64,000 nucleotides of DNA, taken from positions 32,001 to 96,000 of the forward strand of contig JBBRSP010000003.1 in NCBI GenBank assembly GCA_038245295.1, in the 5' to 3' direction. The DNA comes from Candidatus Binatia bacterium. GTDB lineage: Bacteria > Desulfobacterota > Binatia > HRBIN30. The translations under genes were made by a program, and so were the position numbers. Below, piece by piece: positions 55,983-64,000 of this stretch. Each line of letters opens with the position of its first letter. The first letter of the stretch is position 1. Below the pieces are notes generated by a model. That model was not told the origin of the DNA. It saw nothing but the letters and a program-made list of their open reading frames with translations, and searched no databases.

Positions 55983-58187
55983 ATGTTCCGCCTCCGCCTC
56001 ACGCCCCTGCGGTTGGCGCTGCTTGTGGCAGCCCTCCTGTCGACAATGCGCCTGCGGAGCTGCTCGCAATATCTGGATCTGCTGGACGCGCGGCTGGGCG
56101 ACTATCGCCTGATTCAGCGCGGCCGCCAGCTAGTGTCGCCTGAGATCGTTATTGTTGCGGTTGATGATGCGAGCATCGATGCCGTCGGTCGCTGGCCGTG
56201 GTCGCGAGCGGTGGTGGGGCGTCTGGTCGATCGCCTTACCGAGGCCCGGGCCGCGGTAATCGGCTTCGATATCGTCCAATCGGAGCCCACGGCGCCGCAA
56301 GATCTCTCCTTGCTGCGCACGAAACTGAAGGATCTCGACGACGCCACCTGGGCCAAGGTGCGCGAAGGCATGTCGGTATCGCCGGAGGACGAAATTCTAG
56401 CGACCTCGGTCAAGGCGTCGGGGCGCACGGTTCTCGGATACTTTTTCAGCAAGACGGGCGGCAATGCCGCCGCGTCGCCCAAGATCTCCCAGTATGTCGT
56501 GAAGAAGCCCAAAGGTATCGCGCCGGAGGTGGATGCCAACCTCGACAGGCTGCTGCACCAGGAGCGCGCCGTGGTGGGCAACCTGCCCATGCTCAACGCC
56601 GGAGCGACCGCCGTGGGATTCTTCAACATCGAGCCGGATCCCGACGGGTATTGCCGGCATGCGCTGATGGCGATGCGCTACGGCGATCGCACCGCGCTGC
56701 CGCTGTCGATTGCGGTGCTGCAGGTGTACCTCAAGCTGGGCAACCCGGTCTTGCGATATCTGGATCCGTTTTCGGTGGAGATTGGTCTTGGGAAACTGAC
56801 AATCCCGATCGGCCTCGATGGCAATCTGGTGATCAATTACCGTGGGCAGGGACGAACATTCCCTCATATCTCCGCCTCCGACGTGCTGGAGGGGCGTGTC
56901 GGTGCGGATCAACTCGCGGGTAAGATCGTCATCGTCGGCGTCACGGCGAAAGCCGTCTACGATTTGCGAGTGACTCCGTTGGACAAACAGTTCCCGGGAG
57001 TCGAGACCCACGCCAATGTGATCGACAACGTATTGCGACAGGATTTTCTCATTCGCCCGGCGTGGGCACCGCAATTCGAGGTTGGCGTCATCATTGCGGT
57101 TGCGCTCCTGCTGACGGGGGTCTTGCACTATGCCCGTGGTGTCTGGGGGGCGATCGTCGGATTGGCGGCGCTCGCCGCGTATCTGATCGGCAGCCAATGG
57201 TTGTTCGTGGCGCGAGGTCTCGTGCTGAGTGTGTTCTATCCGTCGGCCGCCATTGTCCTGACGTATTCGGCGCTCACCGTGCACCAGTACGTCACCCAGG
57301 ATCGCGAGAAGCGCCGCCAGCGTAAGGCGCTTGAGCTTTACCTCAGCCCGTCGTTGGCTGCGATCGTCAGCGAACACGCCGGCGAAATGCGCATGGGCGG
57401 TGAGAAGCGCGACCATACCGTCCTGTTCTCCGACGTGCGCGGCTTTACGACGATTGCCGAGCAGCTCGATGCCGACGTCTTGGTCGAGTCACTCAACGCC
57501 TACCTCGGTGCGATGACCGACGTCATCTTCGAGTACGACGGCATGCTCGACAAATACATCGGCGACGGGATCATGGCGATTTGGAGCTCCCCGTTGCCGC
57601 AGGAAGATCATGCCGTCTTGGCGTGTCGTGCGGCGCTGTCGATGATGGCGAAACTCGCGACGATGCAGATTGAGTGGAGTAAGAAGGGTTGGCCGGAGTT
57701 CGTCATACGCATCGGCTTGCACACCGGGCCGATGATCTTCGGCAACATGGGCTCGAGCCAGCACCTGAGCCTGACTGTCGTCGGCGACAACGTCAACCTC
57801 GGCGCCCGGCTCGAAGGTCTGAACAAAGCGTACGACACCAATATCATCGCCAGCGAGAGTACCGTCCAACAAGCCGGTGATGCCATCGTCGTGCGTGAGT
57901 TGGATATGGTGCGCGTCAAAGGCCGCCTGCAACCCGTGCGGGTCTACGAAGTACTAGGCTTGGCCGAGGACGCGTCGCGCTGGGCGGCGATGCTTGTCTA
58001 CTGGAACTCCGGTCTGGCCGCTTACCGCGAGCGACGCTGGGACGACGCAATCGCCGAATTCCAGTCGGTCATCAACGTTCGGGCCTTCGATGGCCCGGCG
58101 CGTATCTATATCGCTCGCTGCAAGGGCTTGATGGAATCGCCACCGCCCGAGGACTGGGGCGGCGTCAGGACGATGGAGGAGAAGTAG
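55983..58187 (+). CDS. CHASE2-domain class III adenylate/guanylate cyclase
   Basis: GRWPWSR, FPGVETHA, three TMs, LFSDVRGFT, DKYIGDGIMA, GDNVNLGARLE, C-terminal TPR-like tail. Confidence 0.92.
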   Translation: MFRLRLTPLRLALLVAALLSTMRLRSCSQYLDLLDARLGDYRLIQRGRQLVSPEIVIVAVDDASIDAVGRWPWSRAVVGRLVDRLTEARAAVIGFDIVQSEPTAPQDLSLLRTKLKDLDDATWAKVREGMSVSPEDEILATSVKASGRTVLGYFFSKTGGNAAASPKISQYVVKKPKGIAPEVDANLDRLLHQERAVVGNLPMLNAGATAVGFFNIEPDPDGYCRHALMAMRYGDRTALPLSIAVLQVYLKLGNPVLRYLDPFSVEIGLGKLTIPIGLDGNLVINYRGQGRTFPHISASDVLEGRVGADQLAGKIVIVGVTAKAVYDLRVTPLDKQFPGVETHANVIDNVLRQDFLIRPAWAPQFEVGVIIAVALLLTGVLHYARGVWGAIVGLAALAAYLIGSQWLFVARGLVLSVFYPSAAIVLTYSALTVHQYVTQDREKRRQRKALELYLSPSLAAIVSEHAGEMRMGGEKRDHTVLFSDVRGFTTIAEQLDADVLVESLNAYLGAMTDVIFEYDGMLDKYIGDGIMAIWSSPLPQEDHAVLACRAALSMMAKLATMQIEWSKKGWPEFVIRIGLHTGPMIFGNMGSSQHLSLTVVGDNVNLGARLEGLNKAYDTNIIASESTVQQAGDAIVVRELDMVRVKGRLQPVRVYEVLGLAEDASRWAAMLVYWNSGLAAYRERRWDDAIAEFQSVINVRAFDGPARIYIARCKGLMESPPPEDWGGVRTMEEK

Positions 58188-58355
58188 GCGATTGGCCCGA
58201 CCGATCGTTGCCGGCAATCGTGGGGCAACGAGAACCGCGAACCCTGAATTAGAACAGGGATGGTCGAAGTCTACCGAGGTTCGCCCGCACCCTGCGCGCC
58301 GAACCCCGTACCTGCGAGAATTGGCAAGTCGGCCTGGGCAGTGTCTTTGGTCGCG

Positions 58356-59783
58356 CTACGCCGGCCGTGCCCCGGCAACCTCGGCGGCCTCGACCAATTC
58401 GGCCAGCGCTTCGCGAATGAACCCGTTGATCAGTTCCAGGTCAGGCATGGTGTCGTAGTCACCCATCAGGCCGAAGGTCAGGGAACCGTTGTAACTGACC
58501 AGCGCGACGATCAGGCGGAAGCCGTCGACGATGAAGCCGACCGGCGCCATCTCGAGCAACTGGCGTCCCAGCAGGTAGAGCGGGAACTGCGGGCCTGGAA
58601 CGTTGGTGACGGTGACGTTGGCGAACATCGGTGAGAAGTGCAGTCGCGATGCCTGGGCGAACAGCGTCGGCGGAGCGAAACGCTCGAGGCCGATGATCAG
58701 CTGGGCGCCGAGCGCTTGTTTCGAATCCTTCAGGTCGCGCATCGACTCGTGCACGATGTTGAGCCGCTCCACCGGGTCGTCACAATACACAGGTAGCGGA
58801 GCAACCATGAGCGTGATCCGGTTTCCAAACTGGTTGTGCTCGCCTTGCGTTCGCACCGAAACCGGTACGCCGGCGCGCAGCTCGAGACCTTCGGTCAGCA
58901 CGCCGCGGCGTCGCAACCACCGCGACAACGCCCCGGCGACGACCGCCAGGACGACATCGTTGATCGTTCCGCCCAGCCCACTCTTGATGATCTTGTAGTC
59001 GTTCAGATCCGTGCGCAGCCATGTCACGCGGCGATGCGCGCTGATCGGCCCGTTCAACGGCGAGTCGGGCGCCGGCGACATGCCGGCCCACAGCACTTCG
59101 CCCAGGGCGGTGGCAACCTCGGCGGCACTCCCAAACGAGCTCTGCGGCGCCTGCAGGGATTCGATGGACTTGGTTACCAACTCACCGGAGACCTTGGCGG
59201 CATCACGCACGAGGTCAGCGACCAGCGCTATCTGCGACGGCTCCGGGTTGGGGGTCCATTTGTCGGTTGGGGGGTCCTTGGTGATTTCCGGAGACACGTC
59301 GAAAAGCAGGGTGGCGATGTCGACTCCGGATACGCCGTCGATCATCGCGTGGTGCGTCTTGCTCAGAACCGCGAAGCGGCCGCCCTCGAGGCCTTCGACC
59401 AGATACAGCTCCCACAGCGGCTTGGAGCGATCGAGGCGCTGCGAGAAGATGCGCGCCGTCAGACTCTTCAGCTGGTCGATGGTCCCAGGCGGCGGCAATG
59501 CCGTGTGGCGCACGTGATAGGTGAGATTGAAGCGCGTATCGTCGATCCATAACGGCCGTCCGAGTTCGAGCCCGAGGCCCGGCAACTTGGGTACGGCGAT
59601 CTTCTGGCGATAGCGCGGTACCAGATGCAGCCGGCTCTCGATCTTGGCGGCCAGGTCAGGGTAGGGGGGCGGCGGACCCTCAAAGATCATCACACCACCA
59701 ATGTGCATGTGTGACGGACCGGTCTCCTGAACCAGGAAGGATGCGTCGGTCGCACTCAGTCGATCCATGTGTGCTTGCGCCAT
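58356..59783 (-). CDS. Wax ester synthase/DGAT family O-acyltransferase
   Basis: MDRLSATDASFL, LDRSKPLWE, HHAMIDG, TNVPGP. Confidence 0.93.
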   Translation of the reverse strand: MAQAHMDRLSATDASFLVQETGPSHMHIGGVMIFEGPPPPYPDLAAKIESRLHLVPRYRQKIAVPKLPGLGLELGRPLWIDDTRFNLTYHVRHTALPPPGTIDQLKSLTARIFSQRLDRSKPLWELYLVEGLEGGRFAVLSKTHHAMIDGVSGVDIATLLFDVSPEITKDPPTDKWTPNPEPSQIALVADLVRDAAKVSGELVTKSIESLQAPQSSFGSAAEVATALGEVLWAGMSPAPDSPLNGPISAHRRVTWLRTDLNDYKIIKSGLGGTINDVVLAVVAGALSRWLRRRGVLTEGLELRAGVPVSVRTQGEHNQFGNRITLMVAPLPVYCDDPVERLNIVHESMRDLKDSKQALGAQLIIGLERFAPPTLFAQASRLHFSPMFANVTVTNVPGPQFPLYLLGRQLLEMAPVGFIVDGFRLIVALVSYNGSLTFGLMGDYDTMPDLELINGFIREALAELVEAAEVAGARPA

Positions 59784-61243
59784 CACTTCTCCCTACGGCG
59801 CGTTGCGGCCGCGACCGGTTTCTTCTTGGGCTTACCGCGCTGGCGGCGTGCTGCCGCCAGCAGCTCGGCAATCGAGTCTTCCAGATAACCGCCGATCTCG
59901 TCCAATTCGCCGAGGACATCGGGGTCGCACAATAAGCCGAATTCCAGTTTGCCGTTGTAACTCGCCACTACGACACTCAACGCCGAGTTCTCGACCAGGA
60001 AGCCGACCGGCCCGATACGCTCGACCTCGCGGCCGATCAGGTAGAGCGGCTGCTGCGGACCGGGTACGTTGGTCGCCAGGAGATTGAAGAGGCGCGTCGA
60101 GAAATTGAGTCGCGAGGCCTGCGCCAGGAGGGCCGGCGGAGCGAAGCGCTGCACCGTGCTGATGGTCTGCGCGCCGAGGGCTTGCTTCGATTGCTTGAGC
60201 CCCTCGAGGGCTCGCTTGACTGTACGTAGTCGTTCGACCGGATCGTTGATGTGTACCGGGAGCGGTGCGAAACATTCGACGATGCGGTTGCCGAGCTCGC
60301 CCTGCTCATCGTTGGTGCGCAGTGAGATCGGAATGGCGGCGCGCAACTGCAGGTTCTTGGTGCTGACGCCGCGCGTGCGCAGCCAGCGCGCCAACGCCCC
60401 GGTTACCGCCGCCAGATAGACGTCGTTGATTGTTCCGCCGAAAGCGTCCTTGATCTTCTTCATGTCGGCGAGCTTACACTCGCCCCACCAGACGCGACGG
60501 TGCGAGCTCAGCGGAACGTTGAGCGGCGTCGGCGACGGCGGATTGAGCATGGCGGAGATGAAGTCGCCGACGCCTTGCGCCACCTGCTGGGCCAGCAGGA
60601 CAGCACTTTCCGGATCGTTCCATAGATCGACGAGCTGCCGTCCTAGTGCCAAGGGCACACTCACGGCATCGCGTACGCCGGCGGCGAGCATTTGCGGCGC
60701 GTTGGGCTCCGGATGTGCCAGCCAGACGCGCGGTGCCGGCAGGGTATCCATGTGCTGTGGGTGCGGCGTGGCGTCGAAGAGCACCGTATTCAGATCGACC
60801 CCGGCGACGCCGTCGACCATGGCGTGATGCGTTTTGGTGATGATGGCAAAGCGATCGTCCTCGAGGCCCTGAACCAGCCACATCTCCCAGAGTGGCTTCG
60901 AGCGATCGAGGCCCTGCGAGAAGATACGCCCAGTCAGGCGACGCAGATGGTTCATCGAGTTGCCGCTCGGCAAACCGGTGTGGCGCACATGGTATTCGAG
61001 GTTGAAGCGCGGATCGTCGACCCAGAACGGTCGCCCGAGCTGCAAGGGCGGGTACCACAGCTTCTGGCGGAAACGCGGCGCCAGATGCAAACGTGAGCGC
61101 ACGTGGGCGACGAAGTCGTCGAGCGACGGCGGCGGTCCCGCGGCAATCATCACCCAGCCAATGTGCATGTGGGTGCCGCGGTCTTCGTGCGCCAGGAAAG
61201 ACGCATCGAGAATGGATAATCGGTCGAGGTGCATGGCCATCAT
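59783..61243 (-). CDS. Wax ester synthase/DGAT family O-acyltransferase (tandem paralog)
   Basis: LDRLSILDASFL, LDRSKPLWE, HHAMVDG, TNVPGP; TGATG overlap with the downstream paralog. Confidence 0.93.
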   Translation of the reverse strand: MMAMHLDRLSILDASFLAHEDRGTHMHIGWVMIAAGPPPSLDDFVAHVRSRLHLAPRFRQKLWYPPLQLGRPFWVDDPRFNLEYHVRHTGLPSGNSMNHLRRLTGRIFSQGLDRSKPLWEMWLVQGLEDDRFAIITKTHHAMVDGVAGVDLNTVLFDATPHPQHMDTLPAPRVWLAHPEPNAPQMLAAGVRDAVSVPLALGRQLVDLWNDPESAVLLAQQVAQGVGDFISAMLNPPSPTPLNVPLSSHRRVWWGECKLADMKKIKDAFGGTINDVYLAAVTGALARWLRTRGVSTKNLQLRAAIPISLRTNDEQGELGNRIVECFAPLPVHINDPVERLRTVKRALEGLKQSKQALGAQTISTVQRFAPPALLAQASRLNFSTRLFNLLATNVPGPQQPLYLIGREVERIGPVGFLVENSALSVVVASYNGKLEFGLLCDPDVLGELDEIGGYLEDSIAELLAAARRQRGKPKKKPVAAATRRREK

Positions 61244-61422
61244 GTGCTCCCAGGCTAACGGACGACGATCCTGTAGTTCATCGTTGGTGCTAGTCCAAGC
61301 GCCCTTGGGCTGATAAAGGCCTTGGCTCGATCAAAGGAGGGGCGAGCGATGTCGACGCGCGAAACCCGCCGTCGGCCGAGGCTGAGCGGGATGCACAACT
61401 CTACCGTGATAGGGATGCAATC

Positions 61423-63585
61423 GTGGCCGCGGTGAAATCCGGTGGTGGCTTACGGGCCGTTCGTTACACTCTCAAGAAGGCCGGCGAGGCAGGCGGGATC
61501 GTGCGGCTGACGCGGCGCATGTCGACGCACAATGCCTGCAAAACCTGTGCGGTCGGCATGAGCGGCATGCGCAACGAGGCCGGCAGCTTCCCCGAGGTGT
61601 GCAAGAAGTCGGTGCAGGCCCAGGCGGCGGATATGCAGCCGCCGATCAGCGAGTCGTTCTTCGGCGAGCATTCGATCGCCGATCTGGAACGCTGGCCCGG
61701 CCGAGCTCTCGAAGCTGCCGGACGGCTTGGCTTCCCGGTCGTGGCGCGTCCCGGTGATACACACTTCCGCCGGATCCTTTGGGACGAAGCCTATGCTGTC
61801 GCCGCGGCCGCTCTGCGTGCCGCGCCGCCACCGCGCACCTTCTTCTATTCCTCGGGACGCAGCAGCAACGAGGCGGCCTTCCTGCTGCAATGCTTCGCGC
61901 GCGTCTTCGGGACCAACAACGTCAACAATTGCTCTTACTATTGCCATCAGGCGTCGGGAGTCGCGCTGCAGCGAGCCATCGGGACGAGCACCGCGACCGT
62001 AACGCTCGATGATCTCGAACACGCTGACCTGGCGCTGATCATCGGCGCCAACCCGGCGTCGAACCATCCGCGTCTGATGACCCAGTTGGTGCAGCTGCGC
62101 CGCCGCGGCGGCAAGGTCATTGTCATCAACCCTCTGAAGGAAGTCGGGCTACAGCGGTTCCGCGTGCCATCCGACTGGCGCAGCATGGTGTTCGGGTCGG
62201 AGGTCTGTGATCTCTACTTGCAACCGCACATCGGCGCTGACATTGCGATTCTCAAGCTGCTGCTCAAGGATCTGATCGAGAGCGACAACGTCGATAGACC
62301 TTTCGTTGCGGCGCATGTCGAGGGCTGGGATGAGGTTGAAGCGAATGCGCGGCAGGCCTCCCGGCAAGCACTGCTGCAAGACTGCGGAATCGACGGCGAC
62401 AGCGTTGCGGCGGCGGTGCGGTTACTGGCCGGTTCGCAACGTGCCGTGTTCGCCTGGGCCATGGGCATCACGCAACACGCGCACGGTGTCGACAATGTGC
62501 ACGCGATCGTCAACCTGGCGCTGTCGCGCGGCATGCTCGGGAAGATGGGCGCGGGCCTCCTGCCGATCCGCGGCCACAGTAACGTCCAGGGTGTCGGTTC
62601 GGTCGGGGTGGCGCCGGCGCTGAAGGCCGAGTTCGCCCGCCGACTCGAAGATCTTTACGGGATCGATCTGCCCAAAGAAGCCGGGATGCATACCCTGGCG
62701 TCCATCGAGGCGGCCGACCGCGGCGCGATCGACGCGGCAATTCTCTTGGGTGGAAACCTGTATGAGGCCTCCCCGGACAGTCCGTGGACGGCCCAGGCGC
62801 TGCGCAAGATTGGCACGACCATCGCGATCACCACCAAGCTCAACGCCGGCCACATCCACGGCCGCGGCCGCGACATGCTGCTTCTGCCGGCGTTGGCGCG
62901 TGATGAAGAGTCGCAGTGCACGACGCAGGAGAGCATGTTCAACTTCGTGCGTGTCTCGGAAGGCGGCGCGGCGGCACTCTCGGAAGACATGCGCTCCGAA
63001 GTCGAGATGATGGCCACCTTGGCGGCGGCGGTCCTGCCGCCAGGCCCTGTCGACTTTGCCTCGATGCGCGACCACGGGGCAATCCGTGAGGCGATTGCGA
63101 AGGTGGTACCCGGATATGCTGCCGTGCGCGGCATCGAGTCTTCGAGGCAAGAGTTTCAGGTTCCCGGGCGGACGTTTCACGCCGCCGAGTTTGCGACCGC
63201 TAGCCGAAGGGCACTGGCGAAGATTACGCCGGTTCCACCCTTTCATTTGTGCGCAGGTGAATTTCGACTCATGACGTTGCGCTCCGAAGGCCAGTTCAAC
63301 ACGGTCGTCTACGAAGACGAGGATATCTACCGCGGCAACGAGCGACGCGACGTCGTGATGATGAATGAGGGCGATGCGCGGGCGCGTGGCTGGCAGCGCG
63401 ATCAACGCGTTTCGGTCGAGAACGACACCGGGGCTATGATCGCGCTCATTCGATTTGCCGATCTGCCGCCGGGCAACTTGGCGATGTACTACCCAGAGGC
63501 GAATGTGCTGATTCCTCGACGCGTCGATCCTGAATCGGCGACGCCGGTGTTCAAGTCGGTTGCGGCGCGCCTGCGCGCGTTGTAA
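61423..63585 (+). CDS. FdhF/YdeP family molybdopterin oxidoreductase
   Basis: CKTCA, FYSSGRSSNE, NNCSYYCHQ, PIRGHSNVQG, TLRSEGQFNT, TPVFKS. Confidence 0.9.
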   Translation: MAAVKSGGGLRAVRYTLKKAGEAGGIVRLTRRMSTHNACKTCAVGMSGMRNEAGSFPEVCKKSVQAQAADMQPPISESFFGEHSIADLERWPGRALEAAGRLGFPVVARPGDTHFRRILWDEAYAVAAAALRAAPPPRTFFYSSGRSSNEAAFLLQCFARVFGTNNVNNCSYYCHQASGVALQRAIGTSTATVTLDDLEHADLALIIGANPASNHPRLMTQLVQLRRRGGKVIVINPLKEVGLQRFRVPSDWRSMVFGSEVCDLYLQPHIGADIAILKLLLKDLIESDNVDRPFVAAHVEGWDEVEANARQASRQALLQDCGIDGDSVAAAVRLLAGSQRAVFAWAMGITQHAHGVDNVHAIVNLALSRGMLGKMGAGLLPIRGHSNVQGVGSVGVAPALKAEFARRLEDLYGIDLPKEAGMHTLASIEAADRGAIDAAILLGGNLYEASPDSPWTAQALRKIGTTIAITTKLNAGHIHGRGRDMLLLPALARDEESQCTTQESMFNFVRVSEGGAAALSEDMRSEVEMMATLAAAVLPPGPVDFASMRDHGAIREAIAKVVPGYAAVRGIESSRQEFQVPGRTFHAAEFATASRRALAKITPVPPFHLCAGEFRLMTLRSEGQFNTVVYEDEDIYRGNERRDVVMMNEGDARARGWQRDQRVSVENDTGAMIALIRFADLPPGNLAMYYPEANVLIPRRVDPESATPVFKSVAARLRAL

Positions 63586-63589
63586 TTGA

Positions 63590-63635
63590 AAACGTCCCAA
63601 AGGGGGGCAGGAGTCATCCTGCACGTGGGACGTTT
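63590..63635 (+). terminator. Possible terminator hairpin after the FdhF/YdeP gene
   Basis: Outer arms AAACGTCCCA/TGGGACGTTT, inner arms GCAGGA/TCCTGC; weak U-tract. Confidence 0.35.
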
Positions 63636-63651
63636 GTATTGGGGGAAAGCG

Positions 63652-64000
63652 ATGCCCGCAACTTCTGTAGCGAGTCGGCTTCGCCGTGGGGGCAAGCCTG
63701 TCGGTGCGGTGACCACATTGAACAGTCTACGGCGCGCCGTGCGCGATGCGGTCGCCGGGGGCGGCGCCGATGCGGTGCCGCAACTGTGTCAGGCCCTGCT
63801 GGCACTCGCCGCCGCACAATGGCGCCGCGGCGACATTCCGCATGCGCAACGTGCCTATCGGCGCGCTGCCAAGGTGGCGGAGGAAGCCGGCCTGGCGGAT
63901 GAGTTGGCGCAAGCCGCTCTCGGATTCGGGGGGCCGGCGCCGCGCCCGCAGTTCTTCGATGAGCAAGCGACACTGATCGAGCAGGCCCTGCGCCTCTTGC
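63652..64000 (+). CDS. TPR-like helical protein resembling the sensor region of AfsR/LuxR-type STAND regulators; runs off the window
   Basis: Hand translation: ...LLALAAAQWRRGDIPHAQRAYRRAAKVAEEAGLADELAQAALGFGG...LIEQALRLL, open to the window end. Confidence 0.6.
   Translation, partial: MPATSVASRLRRGGKPVGAVTTLNSLRRAVRDAVAGGGADAVPQLCQALLALAAAQWRRGDIPHAQRAYRRAAKVAEEAGLADELAQAALGFGGPAPRPQFFDEQATLIEQALRLL

Overview
GC-rich Gram-negative bacterial chromosome segment. The gene content and the Cys-rich/dockerin-like tails on secreted proteins suggest a 'Deltaproteobacteria'-like lineage such as Ca. Binatia (inference only). The window is mostly housekeeping: lptCAB-rpoN-hpf-ptsN-ptsH, metK, nuoA-H-J-K-L-M-N, tRNA-Val-thrS-rpmI-rplT-pheST-ihfA, and tRNA-Pro-surE-nlpD-apt. 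Accessory genes are interspersed. I see no prophage, CRISPR array, rRNA or transposase. The strongest candidate for an undescribed system is a head-to-head pair of paralogous 7TM-PAS histidine kinases with complementary defects: one keeps the phospho-His but ends before the ATPase domain, the other has an intact ATPase domain but His->Arg. This looks like a 'split' kinase. Other notable items: a cNMP/MalT-like/DASS transporter fusion beside a divergent citrate synthase/HTH-citrate synthase pair with a repeat-rich operator; an orphan MdcD-MdcE-like fusion; a MITE-like element nested in REP-like palindromes; a cytochrome c-DUF1800-DUF1501 operon with an in-frame stop; a membrane-arm-only nuo operon; a thrS operon without infC; and a small wHTH gene behind a consensus sigma-54 promoter. 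All family calls come from motif recognition, not database searches.
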